Part shown: positions 1-9,325 of the stretch, piece after piece
Layout of the letters: each line of letters begins with the position of its first letter
Numbering within the stretch: the stretch's first letter is position 1
Assembly: GCA_965208575.1 (NCBI GenBank)
Contig: CBDBOV010000005.1
Span: 864,001-928,000, forward strand
Source of the DNA: Spirochaetia bacterium
GTDB taxonomy: Bacteria > Spirochaetota > Spirochaetia > SZUA-6 > Bin103
Length of the DNA: 64,000 nucleotides
Reading direction: 5' to 3'
Translations under genes and position numbers: made by a program
Notes under the pieces: generated by a model
The model's input: only the letters and a program-made list of their open reading frames with translations
The model's database searches: none
What the model was told of the DNA's origin: nothing

Positions 1-1290
1 ACCTTGCCCTGGGAATCGGTAACGGCCACCGACGATGGGACGGTAGTCATGAAGCTCACGGAGCCAAGACTGCGTGCCGAACAGCATATGTTGGACCAGA
101 GATATGTGTTCATACAGCCACCCGAGGTAATCGAGCAACACGGGGACATGCAGGATTGGAGGAATATCGTCGGTACCGGGCCCTTCATGCTGACCGACTT
201 TGTCCCGGACAGCTCCCTGACCTTCACCAAGAATCCCAACTACTGGGGCTTCGACGAGAAGTACCCGGACAACCGCTTGCCCTACGTTGACGAGCTGAAG
301 GCGCTGTATATGGAGGAATATGCAACCATCATGGCGGCACTGCGCTCGGGTCAGGCCGACTGCGCATGTTGGCAGGGCAACTCCCAAATAGCGACCGTAG
401 ACCAGGCAGAGAGCCTCATGCGGACCAACCCGGAGCTGGTGGTGATCCCGTTTTTCCAGCGGGCGAATCATGGCACCAAGATCAACACGGCCAAGCCACC
501 CTTTGACGACATCCGGGTGCGCCGGGCGATGCAGATGGCACTCGACCTTGAGACCATCAACGCTACCTACTTCAAGGGTTTTGCGGATACGACACCCATG
601 GGGCTGGTGAACAGAGATTTCTGTGCCACGGGGTACTGCGTCCCGTTCGAAGACTGGCCCGAAGAGATCAAGCAATACTACCGGTATGACCCGGAAGGGG
701 CCGAGAAGCTGCTCGATGAGGCTGGGCTTCCCCGTGGCACGGACGGCACCAGATTCGAAACCACCTATCTGACCATCTCGAGTCACGATGTGAGCTGGCC
801 GGAATTATTGGGCGGATACTGGGGCGCCGTTGGCATCAAGCTCAATATTCAGCCAATCCCCATTGGTGAACTGATCCCCCGATTGACAGCGGCACGCCCG
901 GTCCGCGCTGGCGGGGGTATTGGTGACTGGGACATGTGGGTAGGTTCTACCGGCGCCAAGGGTGAGCCGTGGCAGCAGATGTCCATGTCTTACGGCGGTT
1001 CTACCGGGTGGCACCAGATACCACAGCACGACGCGCAATATGACGCCCTGTATGACGAAATGGTAGCCGCTGCCACCGTGGCGGCGCAGACCAGGCCGAT
1101 CAGAGAGATGGACATGCGCCACCTGGAGCAGCACTGGATGATCTGGGGGCCCGAGGCTCCGCAGTTTGCCGTGCATCAGCCGTGGCTGATGGGCTATGGC
1201 GGCGAAGGCGCCTTCGGATCGCAACAGTACTTGAATGTATGGGCCCGTCTCTGGGTCGACAGCCAGCTCAAGGCAGAAATGAATCGATAG
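1..1290 (+). CDS. ABC transporter substrate-binding protein, family 5 (5' end outside the window)
   Basis: VGTGPFML, KNPNYWG, PFDDIRVRRAMQMALD and YDPEGAEKLLDEAG motifs; paralog of 22100..23911; followed by two permeases. Confidence 0.9.
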   Translation, partial: TLPWESVTATDDGTVVMKLTEPRLRAEQHMLDQRYVFIQPPEVIEQHGDMQDWRNIVGTGPFMLTDFVPDSSLTFTKNPNYWGFDEKYPDNRLPYVDELKALYMEEYATIMAALRSGQADCACWQGNSQIATVDQAESLMRTNPELVVIPFFQRANHGTKINTAKPPFDDIRVRRAMQMALDLETINATYFKGFADTTPMGLVNRDFCATGYCVPFEDWPEEIKQYYRYDPEGAEKLLDEAGLPRGTDGTRFETTYLTISSHDVSWPELLGGYWGAVGIKLNIQPIPIGELIPRLTAARPVRAGGGIGDWDMWVGSTGAKGEPWQQMSMSYGGSTGWHQIPQHDAQYDALYDEMVAAATVAAQTRPIREMDMRHLEQHWMIWGPEAPQFAVHQPWLMGYGGEGAFGSQQYLNVWARLWVDSQLKAEMNR

Positions 1291-1329
1291 CTGCCAGGTT
1301 TCGCCGAGTCCGGCGGAACTTTGGGATGA

Positions 1330-1361
1330 GGGAGCTGGGAGGCGCCGCGCTTCCAGCTCCC
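1330..1361 (+). terminator. Intergenic stem-loop after the SBP gene (mRNA stabiliser or partial terminator)
   Basis: GGGAGCTGGGAG-N8-CTTCCAGCTCCC, 12-bp stem with one G-U pair; no U-tract. Confidence 0.6.
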
Positions 1362-1478
1362 GATCCGAAAGTGCTGGCCAGCCGCCGATGGTTGAGCTTC
1401 GATTTTCATCGTATTCGTGTCACGGAGTGACCCTTGCCGCCTGTGCATTGACGGGGAAATCGTCATGAGGAGTTGGAG

Positions 1479-2492
1479 GTGAGAGCCTATATTGTCAGGC
1501 GGTTACTGCTCATCATCCCCACTCTGTTCATCCTGACCATCCTGGTCTTTCTCCTGGTCCGCTTCATCCCCGGCGATGTCATAGACATCATAGAAGGTCG
1601 CATGTTCTACGAGGGCGGCCAGACCGACGACATCGACCTGGACCGTGAAGCGGTGGAGCGTATGCTGGGATTGGACGTGCCGGTGTACGTGCAGTACGGA
1701 CGCTGGATGGGAGTGTTGCCGACCCCTCACTGGATGACCGGTGAGCCTCGCTTCAACGGTCTGTTGCAGGGCTCCCTCGGCGACTCCCTGTTCGGCGGTC
1801 TCACCGTGCGGCAGAGAATCATCGCCAGCCTGCCGGTAACGATCGAGCTCGGCCTCATAGCAATCGTGCTCGGGCAGTTGATAGCGCTGCCGGTCGGCAT
1901 CTACTCGGCGATTCGCCAGGATACGCCCGCCGACTACGCCGGTCGCACCATCGCCGTCATCGGCATGGCAACGCCCAACTTCTGGCTCGGCATCATGGTC
2001 ATGATCTTCCCGGCAATCTGGTGGGGCTGGGCGCCGCCGCTGCAATTCATTTCTCTCCTGGAAGACCCACTGGGGAATCTCGGGATTCTCATCATTCCGG
2101 GCGTCATTCTCGGCACCGCCCTGTCCGCCGGCATGATGCGGATGACGCGTACCATGATGCTGGAGGTACTCAGGCAGGACTATATCAGGACTGCCCGGTC
2201 GAAGGGCCTCAAGGACCGGGTAGTTATCATGCGACACGCCGTCAAGAATGCCCTCATCCCGATCGTTACCCTGGTAGGCATGCAGTTGCCGATCCTGGTC
2301 GGTGGCTCGGTTATCATGGAGAGCATATTCAACCTGCCGGGGTTGGGTGGTCTCCTGGTGCGTGCACTCACCGAGCGAGACTACCCGATGGTGTCCGGAG
2401 TCAACCTGGTGTTCGCCGGTGTCGTTCTGTTGAACAACCTGTTTATCGACCTGCTCTACCCCTATCTGGACCCGAGGGTGCGGTATCGATGA
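1479..2492 (+). CDS. ABC transporter permease (DppB/OppB-like)
   Basis: RAYIVRRLL start (GTG after GAGGAG), DYIRTARSKGL EAA-type loop, RDYPMV, LDPRVRY end. Confidence 0.92.
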   Translation: MRAYIVRRLLLIIPTLFILTILVFLLVRFIPGDVIDIIEGRMFYEGGQTDDIDLDREAVERMLGLDVPVYVQYGRWMGVLPTPHWMTGEPRFNGLLQGSLGDSLFGGLTVRQRIIASLPVTIELGLIAIVLGQLIALPVGIYSAIRQDTPADYAGRTIAVIGMATPNFWLGIMVMIFPAIWWGWAPPLQFISLLEDPLGNLGILIIPGVILGTALSAGMMRMTRTMMLEVLRQDYIRTARSKGLKDRVVIMRHAVKNALIPIVTLVGMQLPILVGGSVIMESIFNLPGLGGLLVRALTERDYPMVSGVNLVFAGVVLLNNLFIDLLYPYLDPRVRYR

Positions 2493-3403
2493 GGCGCTCT
2501 CCGGTGCGTGACACCACCCGGCATGGCGGGCTGGCCGATTTCCTTATCAGGCTGGTCAGGGAGAAGCCGCTGGGTGCTGCCAGCGGGATCGTGGTATTGC
2601 TGTTGATTCTGGTAAGTGTCTTTGCCGATCTGCTGGCCCCTTATCCGATGGACGAACAACACCTGGTAGACCGGCTGCAGCCGCCATCGGCGCGCTATCT
2701 GCTGGGAACCGACCAGTTGGGGCGGGACTTCCTGAGTCGCCTCATCTACGCCGCTCGTCTTTCGCTGGGGGTCGGTCTGGCGGCGACCACGGTCAACGTC
2801 GTGGTCGCGTTCCTGGTCGGCGGCACCTCGGGATTCCTCGGTGGCAAGTTCGACCTGGTGGTGCAGCGGTTCGTCGATGCCTGGATGGCGTTCCCGGGAC
2901 TGCTCATACTGCTCACCGTGATGTCCATAACCGGGCCGGGTTTGCCGCAGATCATCCTGGTCCTGGGGATCTCGGGAGGCATCGCCGGCTCGCGGGTGCT
3001 GCGCAGCGCAGTCATCGGCGTGAAGGAGGGGGTCTACTTTCAGGCGGCAGAGGCGGCCGGCAGCACCAGGTGGAGCACACTCATCCGGCATGTCCTGCCC
3101 AATATCGCCGCTCCGGTGATCGTCATCTTCAGCATCAACGTCGGCGGGGTGATCATGGCCGAGGCTTCCCTGAGCTTCCTGGGATTCGGTCTGCCTGCCC
3201 AGATTCCGAGCTGGGGAGGGATGCTCAGCAGAGATGGGCGCACCCACATGGAGGTAGCCCCCTGGCTGGCGCTCTGGCCCGGTCTCTGCCTGACGGTAGT
3301 CGTGTACGTCCTGAACATGTTCGGCGATGCCATGCGCGACCTGCTCGACCCGCGGCTCAGAGGTAGTGGTGCGCGTCTCGGCGACGATTCCGCCACCTAC
3401 TGA
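2489..3403 (+). CDS. ABC transporter permease (DppC/OppC-like)
   Basis: ATGA overlap with the upstream stop; LGTDQLGRD, HVLPN, EASLSFLGFG, SWGGML, GDAMRDLLDPR. Confidence 0.92.
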   Translation: MRRSPVRDTTRHGGLADFLIRLVREKPLGAASGIVVLLLILVSVFADLLAPYPMDEQHLVDRLQPPSARYLLGTDQLGRDFLSRLIYAARLSLGVGLAATTVNVVVAFLVGGTSGFLGGKFDLVVQRFVDAWMAFPGLLILLTVMSITGPGLPQIILVLGISGGIAGSRVLRSAVIGVKEGVYFQAAEAAGSTRWSTLIRHVLPNIAAPVIVIFSINVGGVIMAEASLSFLGFGLPAQIPSWGGMLSRDGRTHMEVAPWLALWPGLCLTVVVYVLNMFGDAMRDLLDPRLRGSGARLGDDSATY

Positions 3404-5382
3404 GTTGCGATCCGAGTGCGCAATACCTGGACGGCGGCATCGAGGCTGGCCGGCGACATCAGGTACAAGCCGGCCCACTCGTCGCGCGCCACCCACTCTA
3501 TCTGGCTGACCGCCAACTCCAAGCCGGCGCGGGCCTGATCGGCGGGCTGTTCGAACGCCGCCAATCGCTGCATCACCTGGTCCGGCACCTCCACCCCCGG
3601 CACGGCACCGAAGCGCTGGGCATGGGCCAGGCTGGTCAACACCATCACGCCCACGAGAATAGGGATCTCGGCACGAAACGCCTCCAGTGCGGCAAGGGCC
3701 TGCACCCGAAACACCGGCTGCGTCATGATGTAGTCGACGCCGTTGGCGACTTTGTCGCGCAACCGGCGCAACTCCCGTTGACCGTCAATCGCCTCGGGCT
3801 CGAAGCCGGCGCCGATGGTGAAGTGGGTGTGCGGGGCGTTGCTGCGCGCCAGGGGCTGGCCACCGAAGTCGACCCCGGCGTTCAGTTGGCTATGCACGCG
3901 GCTGATCAGCTCGACCGAGTCCATGTCGAACACGGCCGTCGAGGTGGGGTAGGTCGGCGACATCTTGGGCGGGTCGCCGGTTATCAACAAGACGTTGCGA
4001 ATGCGCCGTTGGTGATAGCCAATGAGCCGACTCTGAACCCCCATCGCGTTGAGGTCACGGGTCGTGAAGTGGGGGATGAACTCCAGCGGGTCCTCGTCGG
4101 ACTCCGACCAACCCAGACCGCGACGAATAAGGTCCACCAGGTCGCCGGGTGGCATAAGTGGCAGGCCGCGCGAGCCGTCGGTGATGTCTACCGCGTCGGC
4201 CAGGCCCGAGGCAGCCAGGTCGCGTACGAAATCCACCTTGCGCTGCAGCGTCACGCTGCCGACCCCGCGCGGCGGCATGAGCTCGACGCTAACCGCGAAG
4301 GCGCCGCCCTTGATCTTGCGCGTAAATCCACCGTTGGCGAGTTTTTGGGCATCGTCGGCTGGTTGGCGCGCGAGCTTGGCGAGCCCGGTAAGCCCGTCGG
4401 CCAACGTCGAGTCTGGCGCCGGCGTACCGGCCGAGCCGGCAATCGAGCTCGCGGCCACCGCCCCGCCGGCGCGCAGGTAGGAATACATCTCCCGGACGTG
4501 CGGCGGGTGCACCTCGCAACATCCGCCCACCAGCGCCGCCCCCCGCTGCACCAACTCGCGGGCGGTTCGGCCCATGTACTCAGGGTTTACCTGCGACATG
4601 AAACGCTGACCGATGCGCTCGAAGCCACCGGCATTCGGCATCGCTGAAAGGGGGATGCCTGCCTCACCTGATGCGCGTGCGGCCTGCAGGGTTGCGACGA
4701 AGGCCAGCGCCTCCCACGGTGCACAGCAGTTGACGCCCACCACGGCCGCACCCGCGGCGGTAAGCCGCTCGACGTAGGCGACCGGGTCGTGGTTCCAGCC
4801 GTTGCTGCCCTGGTTCTGGCGAATCGCCAGGTGGGCGATTACTGGCGGCGCCTGGTCGTGCGCGCGTATGAACCTTGTGAGATTTTCGAGCGCGCCAGGG
4901 CTGGAGAAGGTCTCCAGCAGCACGGCATCCACACCCTCGGCCAGCAGCGCCTCCACCTGCACGCCGTAGGCTGCCGGAACGTCAACGTCCTGGTCGTCCT
5001 GGTCGTCCTGGTTCACCGGACCGATCGACCCCAGCACCAGGGCATCCGCACCCCCGGCGGCGATTGCCTCGCGCACCAGTTGCACGGCGCGGCGGTTCAA
5101 TTCCTGAGTGCGGTCGGCAAGTCCGAATCGGGCCAGGCTTGGCTGGTTGGCGCCGAACGTGTTGGTGGCGAGCGCCGACGAACCGCCGCGCAGGTAGGCG
5201 GCATGTACGCTGCGCACCAGGTCGGGATTCTCGACGGTGAGTGCTTCGTAGACATGATTGGTCTCGGACAGCCGACCGGTCAGGGCAAACAGCAGCGAGC
5301 CGATGGCACCGTCGGCCAGCACCGGGCCGGCGGCGAGCCGGTCAGTGAGTCGGTCGGAGAGCGCAGATGCAGACGTGGCCAC
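3397..5382 (-). CDS. yitJ: Bifunctional homocysteine S-methyltransferase / methylenetetrahydrofolate reductase
   Basis: LADGAIG, TNTFGAN, GVNC and GGCC in the N-terminal half; VELMPPRG, ITGDPP and TQPVF in the MTHFR half; GTG 5382 chosen (ORF is open to 5421). Confidence 0.85.
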   Translation of the reverse strand: MATSASALSDRLTDRLAAGPVLADGAIGSLLFALTGRLSETNHVYEALTVENPDLVRSVHAAYLRGGSSALATNTFGANQPSLARFGLADRTQELNRRAVQLVREAIAAGGADALVLGSIGPVNQDDQDDQDVDVPAAYGVQVEALLAEGVDAVLLETFSSPGALENLTRFIRAHDQAPPVIAHLAIRQNQGSNGWNHDPVAYVERLTAAGAAVVGVNCCAPWEALAFVATLQAARASGEAGIPLSAMPNAGGFERIGQRFMSQVNPEYMGRTARELVQRGAALVGGCCEVHPPHVREMYSYLRAGGAVAASSIAGSAGTPAPDSTLADGLTGLAKLARQPADDAQKLANGGFTRKIKGGAFAVSVELMPPRGVGSVTLQRKVDFVRDLAASGLADAVDITDGSRGLPLMPPGDLVDLIRRGLGWSESDEDPLEFIPHFTTRDLNAMGVQSRLIGYHQRRIRNVLLITGDPPKMSPTYPTSTAVFDMDSVELISRVHSQLNAGVDFGGQPLARSNAPHTHFTIGAGFEPEAIDGQRELRRLRDKVANGVDYIMTQPVFRVQALAALEAFRAEIPILVGVMVLTSLAHAQRFGAVPGVEVPDQVMQRLAAFEQPADQARAGLELAVSQIEWVARDEWAGLYLMSPASLDAAVQVLRTRIATQ

Positions 5383-5520
5383 GATGCGATGATTATGTAC
5401 CAACCAGCCGGCTATCCCCATATCCCCTTCAGGTAAGCAAGGCGTGGCACACCAACCGCCGGCAGGCCGGTTGGGCCGGAAGCGGCGCCGGAGGCGGCGG
5501 TTCCGGGGCGCTAGCGGCTG

Positions 5521-6549
5521 CTACCGGTCGCGGGTCGGATCAGGGCTGACTCGAACCAGCAGCTTACCGAAATTCCTGCCCTGCATCATGCCGATGAACG
5601 CATCGGGCGCCTTCTCCAGCCCCTCCACGAGGTCTTCGCGGTACTTGACTTGGCCACCGCGAACCCACCAGGCCAGCAGGGCCAGTGCCTCCTCGTGGCG
5701 ATCCTGATACTGACCTTGGTTCATTCCCACCATGTGGGCCAGGCCGCCCTGCACGTAGCGGTTGATGCGGGTGCCCTGCAGCGAGCCGGGCGGGTCGTTG
5801 TACTCGGCAATGGAACCGCACAGGGGAATTCGCGCGCCGCGGTTGATCTGCGCCAGCACCGCGTCCAGGACCGGCCCACCGACGTTGTCGAAGTAGACGT
5901 CGACACCGTCGGGGCAGGCCTTGGCCAGCGCCCCGTCCAGATCGCCGGCACGGTAGTTGACGGCTGCGTCAAAGCCCAGTTCCTCGACGACGTAGTCGCA
6001 CTTCTCGTCGCTGCCGGCGATACCCACCGCGCGGCAGTTCTTGATCTTGGCGATTTGTCCGACCACCGCGCCGACCGCGCCCGCTGCCGCCGAAACCACA
6101 ACCGTCTCGCCGGCGACCGGTTGGCCTACTGCCAGCAGCCCGAAATAGGCGGTCACGCCCGGCATCCCGACCACGCCCAGCGACGTCGATATCGGCACCA
6201 AGTCGGGATCCAGGACGCGCAGCTCGGCTCCCGGAGCCACGCCGTAACTCTGCCAGCCGTAACCGCCCACGTACTGGCACACCAATTGGCCGGCAGCGAA
6301 GGCCGGGTGGCGCGAGGCCACTACCTCACCGACCACGCCGCCAGACGGAACCTTGCCGACCGACTTGGGATTGCCCATCCCTCCCCTCATATAGGGGTCC
6401 AAGGACAGGTAAATGGTACGCACCATGACCTCGCCGTCACCGGGTTGGGGGAGCGGACTCTCTACCAGCTCGAAGTCGTCCGGTGCCGGCATGCCCTGTG
6501 CGACGCGGCGCAACACGATGCGTTTGTTGGTCTCAACATTTTCACCCAT
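5521..6549 (-). CDS. NADP-dependent oxidoreductase (CurA / prostaglandin reductase-like, MDR family)
   Basis: LSLDPYMRG, GMPGVTAYFGL, VSAAAGAVG, YFDNVGG, GRNFGKLLV. Confidence 0.9.
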   Translation of the reverse strand: MGENVETNKRIVLRRVAQGMPAPDDFELVESPLPQPGDGEVMVRTIYLSLDPYMRGGMGNPKSVGKVPSGGVVGEVVASRHPAFAAGQLVCQYVGGYGWQSYGVAPGAELRVLDPDLVPISTSLGVVGMPGVTAYFGLLAVGQPVAGETVVVSAAAGAVGAVVGQIAKIKNCRAVGIAGSDEKCDYVVEELGFDAAVNYRAGDLDGALAKACPDGVDVYFDNVGGPVLDAVLAQINRGARIPLCGSIAEYNDPPGSLQGTRINRYVQGGLAHMVGMNQGQYQDRHEEALALLAWWVRGGQVKYREDLVEGLEKAPDAFIGMMQGRNFGKLLVRVSPDPTRDR

Positions 6550-6580
6550 GTCAGCGAGTCTACCACAACGCGCGGCAGCG

Positions 6581-6626
6581 GCTGAGTCCATCGGTGCGGT
6601 CAGCCGCCCGCCGCTGAGTCCATCGG
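6581..6626. repeat. 14-bp direct repeat GCTGAGTCCATCGG x2 upstream of the oxidoreductase
   Basis: Exact copies at 6581-6594 and 6613-6626. Confidence 0.75.
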
Positions 6627-6663
6627 GCGCCGGGCGTCCGAATCCGCGTCCAGGCGGCGCGAC

Positions 6664-6982
6664 CTGGATGAGGCTGGGTATCCGCGCGGCGCCGATGGCA
6701 CGAGATTCAAGACCACCCTGAATTACGGGGCTTGGGCAACCTTGGACTATGCAGAGATAGCTGCCGCCTACTGGGCTGCGATTGGCGTCGATGTTGAGAT
6801 TGATGCACTTACCAGTGCCGAATATCACGAGAGGCTGTGGTCGCGTACCGGGGAAGGCATTTACAGCGCCATTGCGGGTCGTCTACAGTTTCAACATGTT
6901 GGGTGATGCGATGCGCGACCTGCTCGATCCGCGGCTGCGCGGCGGGGGGCGTCTGGCTGCCGGCGGCGCCGTCTACCGTTGA
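6664..6982 (+). pseudogene. Chimeric remnant: internal SBP fragment fused to a DppC-type permease C-terminus
   Basis: LDEAGYPRGADGTRFKTTLNY..EIAAAYWAAIGVDVEI (compare 23341-23480), then from 6878 VVYSFNMLGDAMRDLLDPRLRGGG. Confidence 0.85.
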
Positions 6983-7085
6983 CGAGTGCCCCCAGGTTCG
7001 CCGCCGCGGCGAGAATGCCGGGTCACGGGGGTACGGAGTGACGCTTGTCCGGCTGCGCGGGCGAGGTCAGCGGCGCGGGGCCGCG

Positions 7086-8147
7086 CTAGTGCCCGAGCGT
7101 GGCGAGGAACTCCGTCTCATCCGCGCAGCCGGTTGCCGCCGTCAGCAGCGCCTCATCGGATGCCGCGGCCAACGCTTCCGCAGCGGCGGAAAACCGCGCC
7201 GAAACTGTAATGCCGCGTGACTGCAGAATCTGACGGACCATCTGCGTCCGGCCTGCCGCGCGACCCGCGGCGTGGCCTTCATCCCGGCCTGCGGCACGAC
7301 CTGCCGCGTGGCCTTCAGTTCGGCCTGCCGCGCGACCTTCGGCGCGACCTTCCGCACGGCCGCGCTCGAACCCCTGGCGCCGCTGCGAACGAAGCAGCGG
7401 GTCGTCGTCCGGGCCGGTGCCTGCGCGCGCGCCGAGCGCCGCTCCGACCCGCTCCACCACGGCGCTCGTCTGCGCGGACGGCTCCGGCTCGTTCAACGCC
7501 ACGTGAATCTCATCCGCCCGCCAGCCGGGAAACGCCCGGCTCTCGGACGCAACCCGGAACCGTCCGTGCTCCAGCAGGTGAATCGTCAGCCCTGGCCGCC
7601 GCCGGTGCGGGCGGCTTGGCGACGGTGCCTCCGGCACCTCCACCCACACTTCCGGGAAGCCCCACGATTCGTACAGATCGAGCTTGCCGCGGTGTACGTC
7701 GGTGGTGTGATCTACCTCCAGCACCACGTCGGGAAAGTCGTCCTCGCCCACCACCATGGCGGCCCCCGGCAGCCTGGCGTGCGCCGGATGCAGGTACACC
7801 GACTCGTCGGCCTGCATGATGCGCCGCGGTTCGCCGCCGTGGTCGCGGAGCAGCAGGTCGGTCGAGCCGTACGACTCGATCGGCGAGCCGCGCACTTCGG
7901 CGATGCGCTCGGCCAAGCGCGTCAGGAGGCGCGACGGCCGCTCGTGGTAGGCAGTGGCGGACTCGCTGATCCAGGCGGTCTCGGTGGCCGAATCCCAATA
8001 CTCGAGCCGCCCCTCGAAGCGGTCGATCTCGGTGCGCGGCAGGTGCACCGGCGTGCAGCCCGGGAACGCCGGCGGCCCGGCGGGCTGGGCGGGCCGGGGT
8101 TGCGCTGCCTGGTAGCGCCCGGTGGGCGGTGCTTTGGTGCTGGCCAT
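7086..8147 (-). CDS. Uma2/DUF820 family PD-(D/E)xK-like endonuclease with a G-R-x-x repeat linker
   Basis: RLEYWD, HE, QADESVY and PDVVLEVDHT..KLDLYESWGFPEVW; paralog of the 60290 and 61298 genes. Confidence 0.8.
   Translation of the reverse strand: MASTKAPPTGRYQAAQPRPAQPAGPPAFPGCTPVHLPRTEIDRFEGRLEYWDSATETAWISESATAYHERPSRLLTRLAERIAEVRGSPIESYGSTDLLLRDHGGEPRRIMQADESVYLHPAHARLPGAAMVVGEDDFPDVVLEVDHTTDVHRGKLDLYESWGFPEVWVEVPEAPSPSRPHRRRPGLTIHLLEHGRFRVASESRAFPGWRADEIHVALNEPEPSAQTSAVVERVGAALGARAGTGPDDDPLLRSQRRQGFERGRAEGRAEGRAAGRTEGHAAGRAAGRDEGHAAGRAAGRTQMVRQILQSRGITVSARFSAAAEALAAASDEALLTAATGCADETEFLATLGH
7246..7365 (-). repeat. 12-nt (36-nt higher-order) coding tandem repeat, G(R/H)xx
   Basis: RGRAEGRAEGRAAGRTEGHAAGRAAGRDEGHAAGRAAGR. 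Confidence 0.85.
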
Positions 8148-8153
8148 GGCGCC

Positions 8154-8182
8154 AGCGTAGCCGATCTCGCGCGGGAATGCAA
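8154..8182 (-). promoter_or_regulatory. Sigma70-type leaderless promoter of Uma2 gene 1
   Basis: TTGCAT-N17-TACGCT-N6-ATG, no SD sequence. Confidence 0.6.
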
Positions 8183-8467
8183 ACCGAATGTTCCAGATAC
8201 ATCGGAATTGGAGTGGAAGTTGACGGGCGCCGTTGGCCCGGTATCCATCTTCCTGGGAAAACGCTCGTCACGCGAAGGAATTGCATGGATCATTCCATGC
8301 TCCGTGGCGTGATCGACGAGCGGCTTGCCGTGCGGGCGTGATACGCGGGCGGCGGCCCTTGCCGGCCTGTCCCGATTCCCATACGGTGGGGCGGTCCGGG
8401 GCCGTGACCGCGGCGGCGCTTCTGCCGGTGACGAGTGGCGGCCCGATCATGAGACGAGGAGACGACG

Positions 8468-9310
8468 ATGGCGGGAAGACTGGCAGGCAAGGTGGCGATC
8501 GTCACCGGCGGCAACAGCGGCATGGGGGCCGGCACGGTGGAGCTGTTCGTGGCCGAAGGGGCGCGGGTGGTGATTGCCGCGCGCGGCGAGGAAGCGGGGC
8601 AGGCTCTCGCCGACCGGCTCGGTGAGAATGCGGCCTTCGTCCGCGCCGACGTTGCGGTGGAAGCCGACGTGCAGGCGCTGGTCGATGCCGCCGTGGCGCG
8701 CTGGGGGCGGGTGGACGTGCTGTTCAACAACGCCGGCATCGGGCAGGGCATCGTGCCTCCGGAAGAGTTCACGCTCGACGCCTTCAATCGCGTGATGATG
8801 ACCAATCTCGGCTCCTGTTTTCTCGGCATCAAGTACGTGGTGCCGATCATGAAGCAGCAGGGCGGCGGCAGCATCATCAACAACGGCAGCACCGCCGGCA
8901 TTACCACCGATGGCTCGGGGCCGGTGTATGCCGCGAGCAAGGCGGGCGTCATCCACATGACCAGGATCTGGGCCACGCAGTTGGCGGAGTTCGGGATCCG
9001 CGTCAACTGCATCTCGCCCGGCGCCATCGTCACGCCGATCTTCTGGGGCGGTCACCACACCGAGTCGGATGAGGAAAACGAACGGCGGTCGCAGCGGCTG
9101 ACGGAGCTGTTTGCGGCGCAGTTGCCGCTGCGGCGTGCCGGCACCTCGGAAGACATCGCGTACGCCGCCCTGTACCTGGCCGGCGACGAGAGCCGCCACA
9201 CCACCGGCCACAACTTGATGATCGATGGCGGCATCACGGTGCGTATGGCCCCGCAATCGGCCCTGGAGAAGGGCGGCAAGGAACGGGCGGAGTTTCTGCG
9301 CGGCGGCTGA
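8468..9310 (+). CDS. SDR family oxidoreductase
   Basis: TGGNSGMG, NNAG, YAASK, VNCISPG; GAGGAG RBS. Confidence 0.93.
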   Translation: MAGRLAGKVAIVTGGNSGMGAGTVELFVAEGARVVIAARGEEAGQALADRLGENAAFVRADVAVEADVQALVDAAVARWGRVDVLFNNAGIGQGIVPPEEFTLDAFNRVMMTNLGSCFLGIKYVVPIMKQQGGGSIINNGSTAGITTDGSGPVYAASKAGVIHMTRIWATQLAEFGIRVNCISPGAIVTPIFWGGHHTESDEENERRSQRLTELFAAQLPLRRAGTSEDIAYAALYLAGDESRHTTGHNLMIDGGITVRMAPQSALEKGGKERAEFLRGG

Positions 9311-9325
9311 CGCGGGGGAGATAGG

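Noticed and set aside
4985-5012. 9-bp coding repeat (QDD) in yitJ
   Set aside because: Ordinary in-frame slippage in a loop
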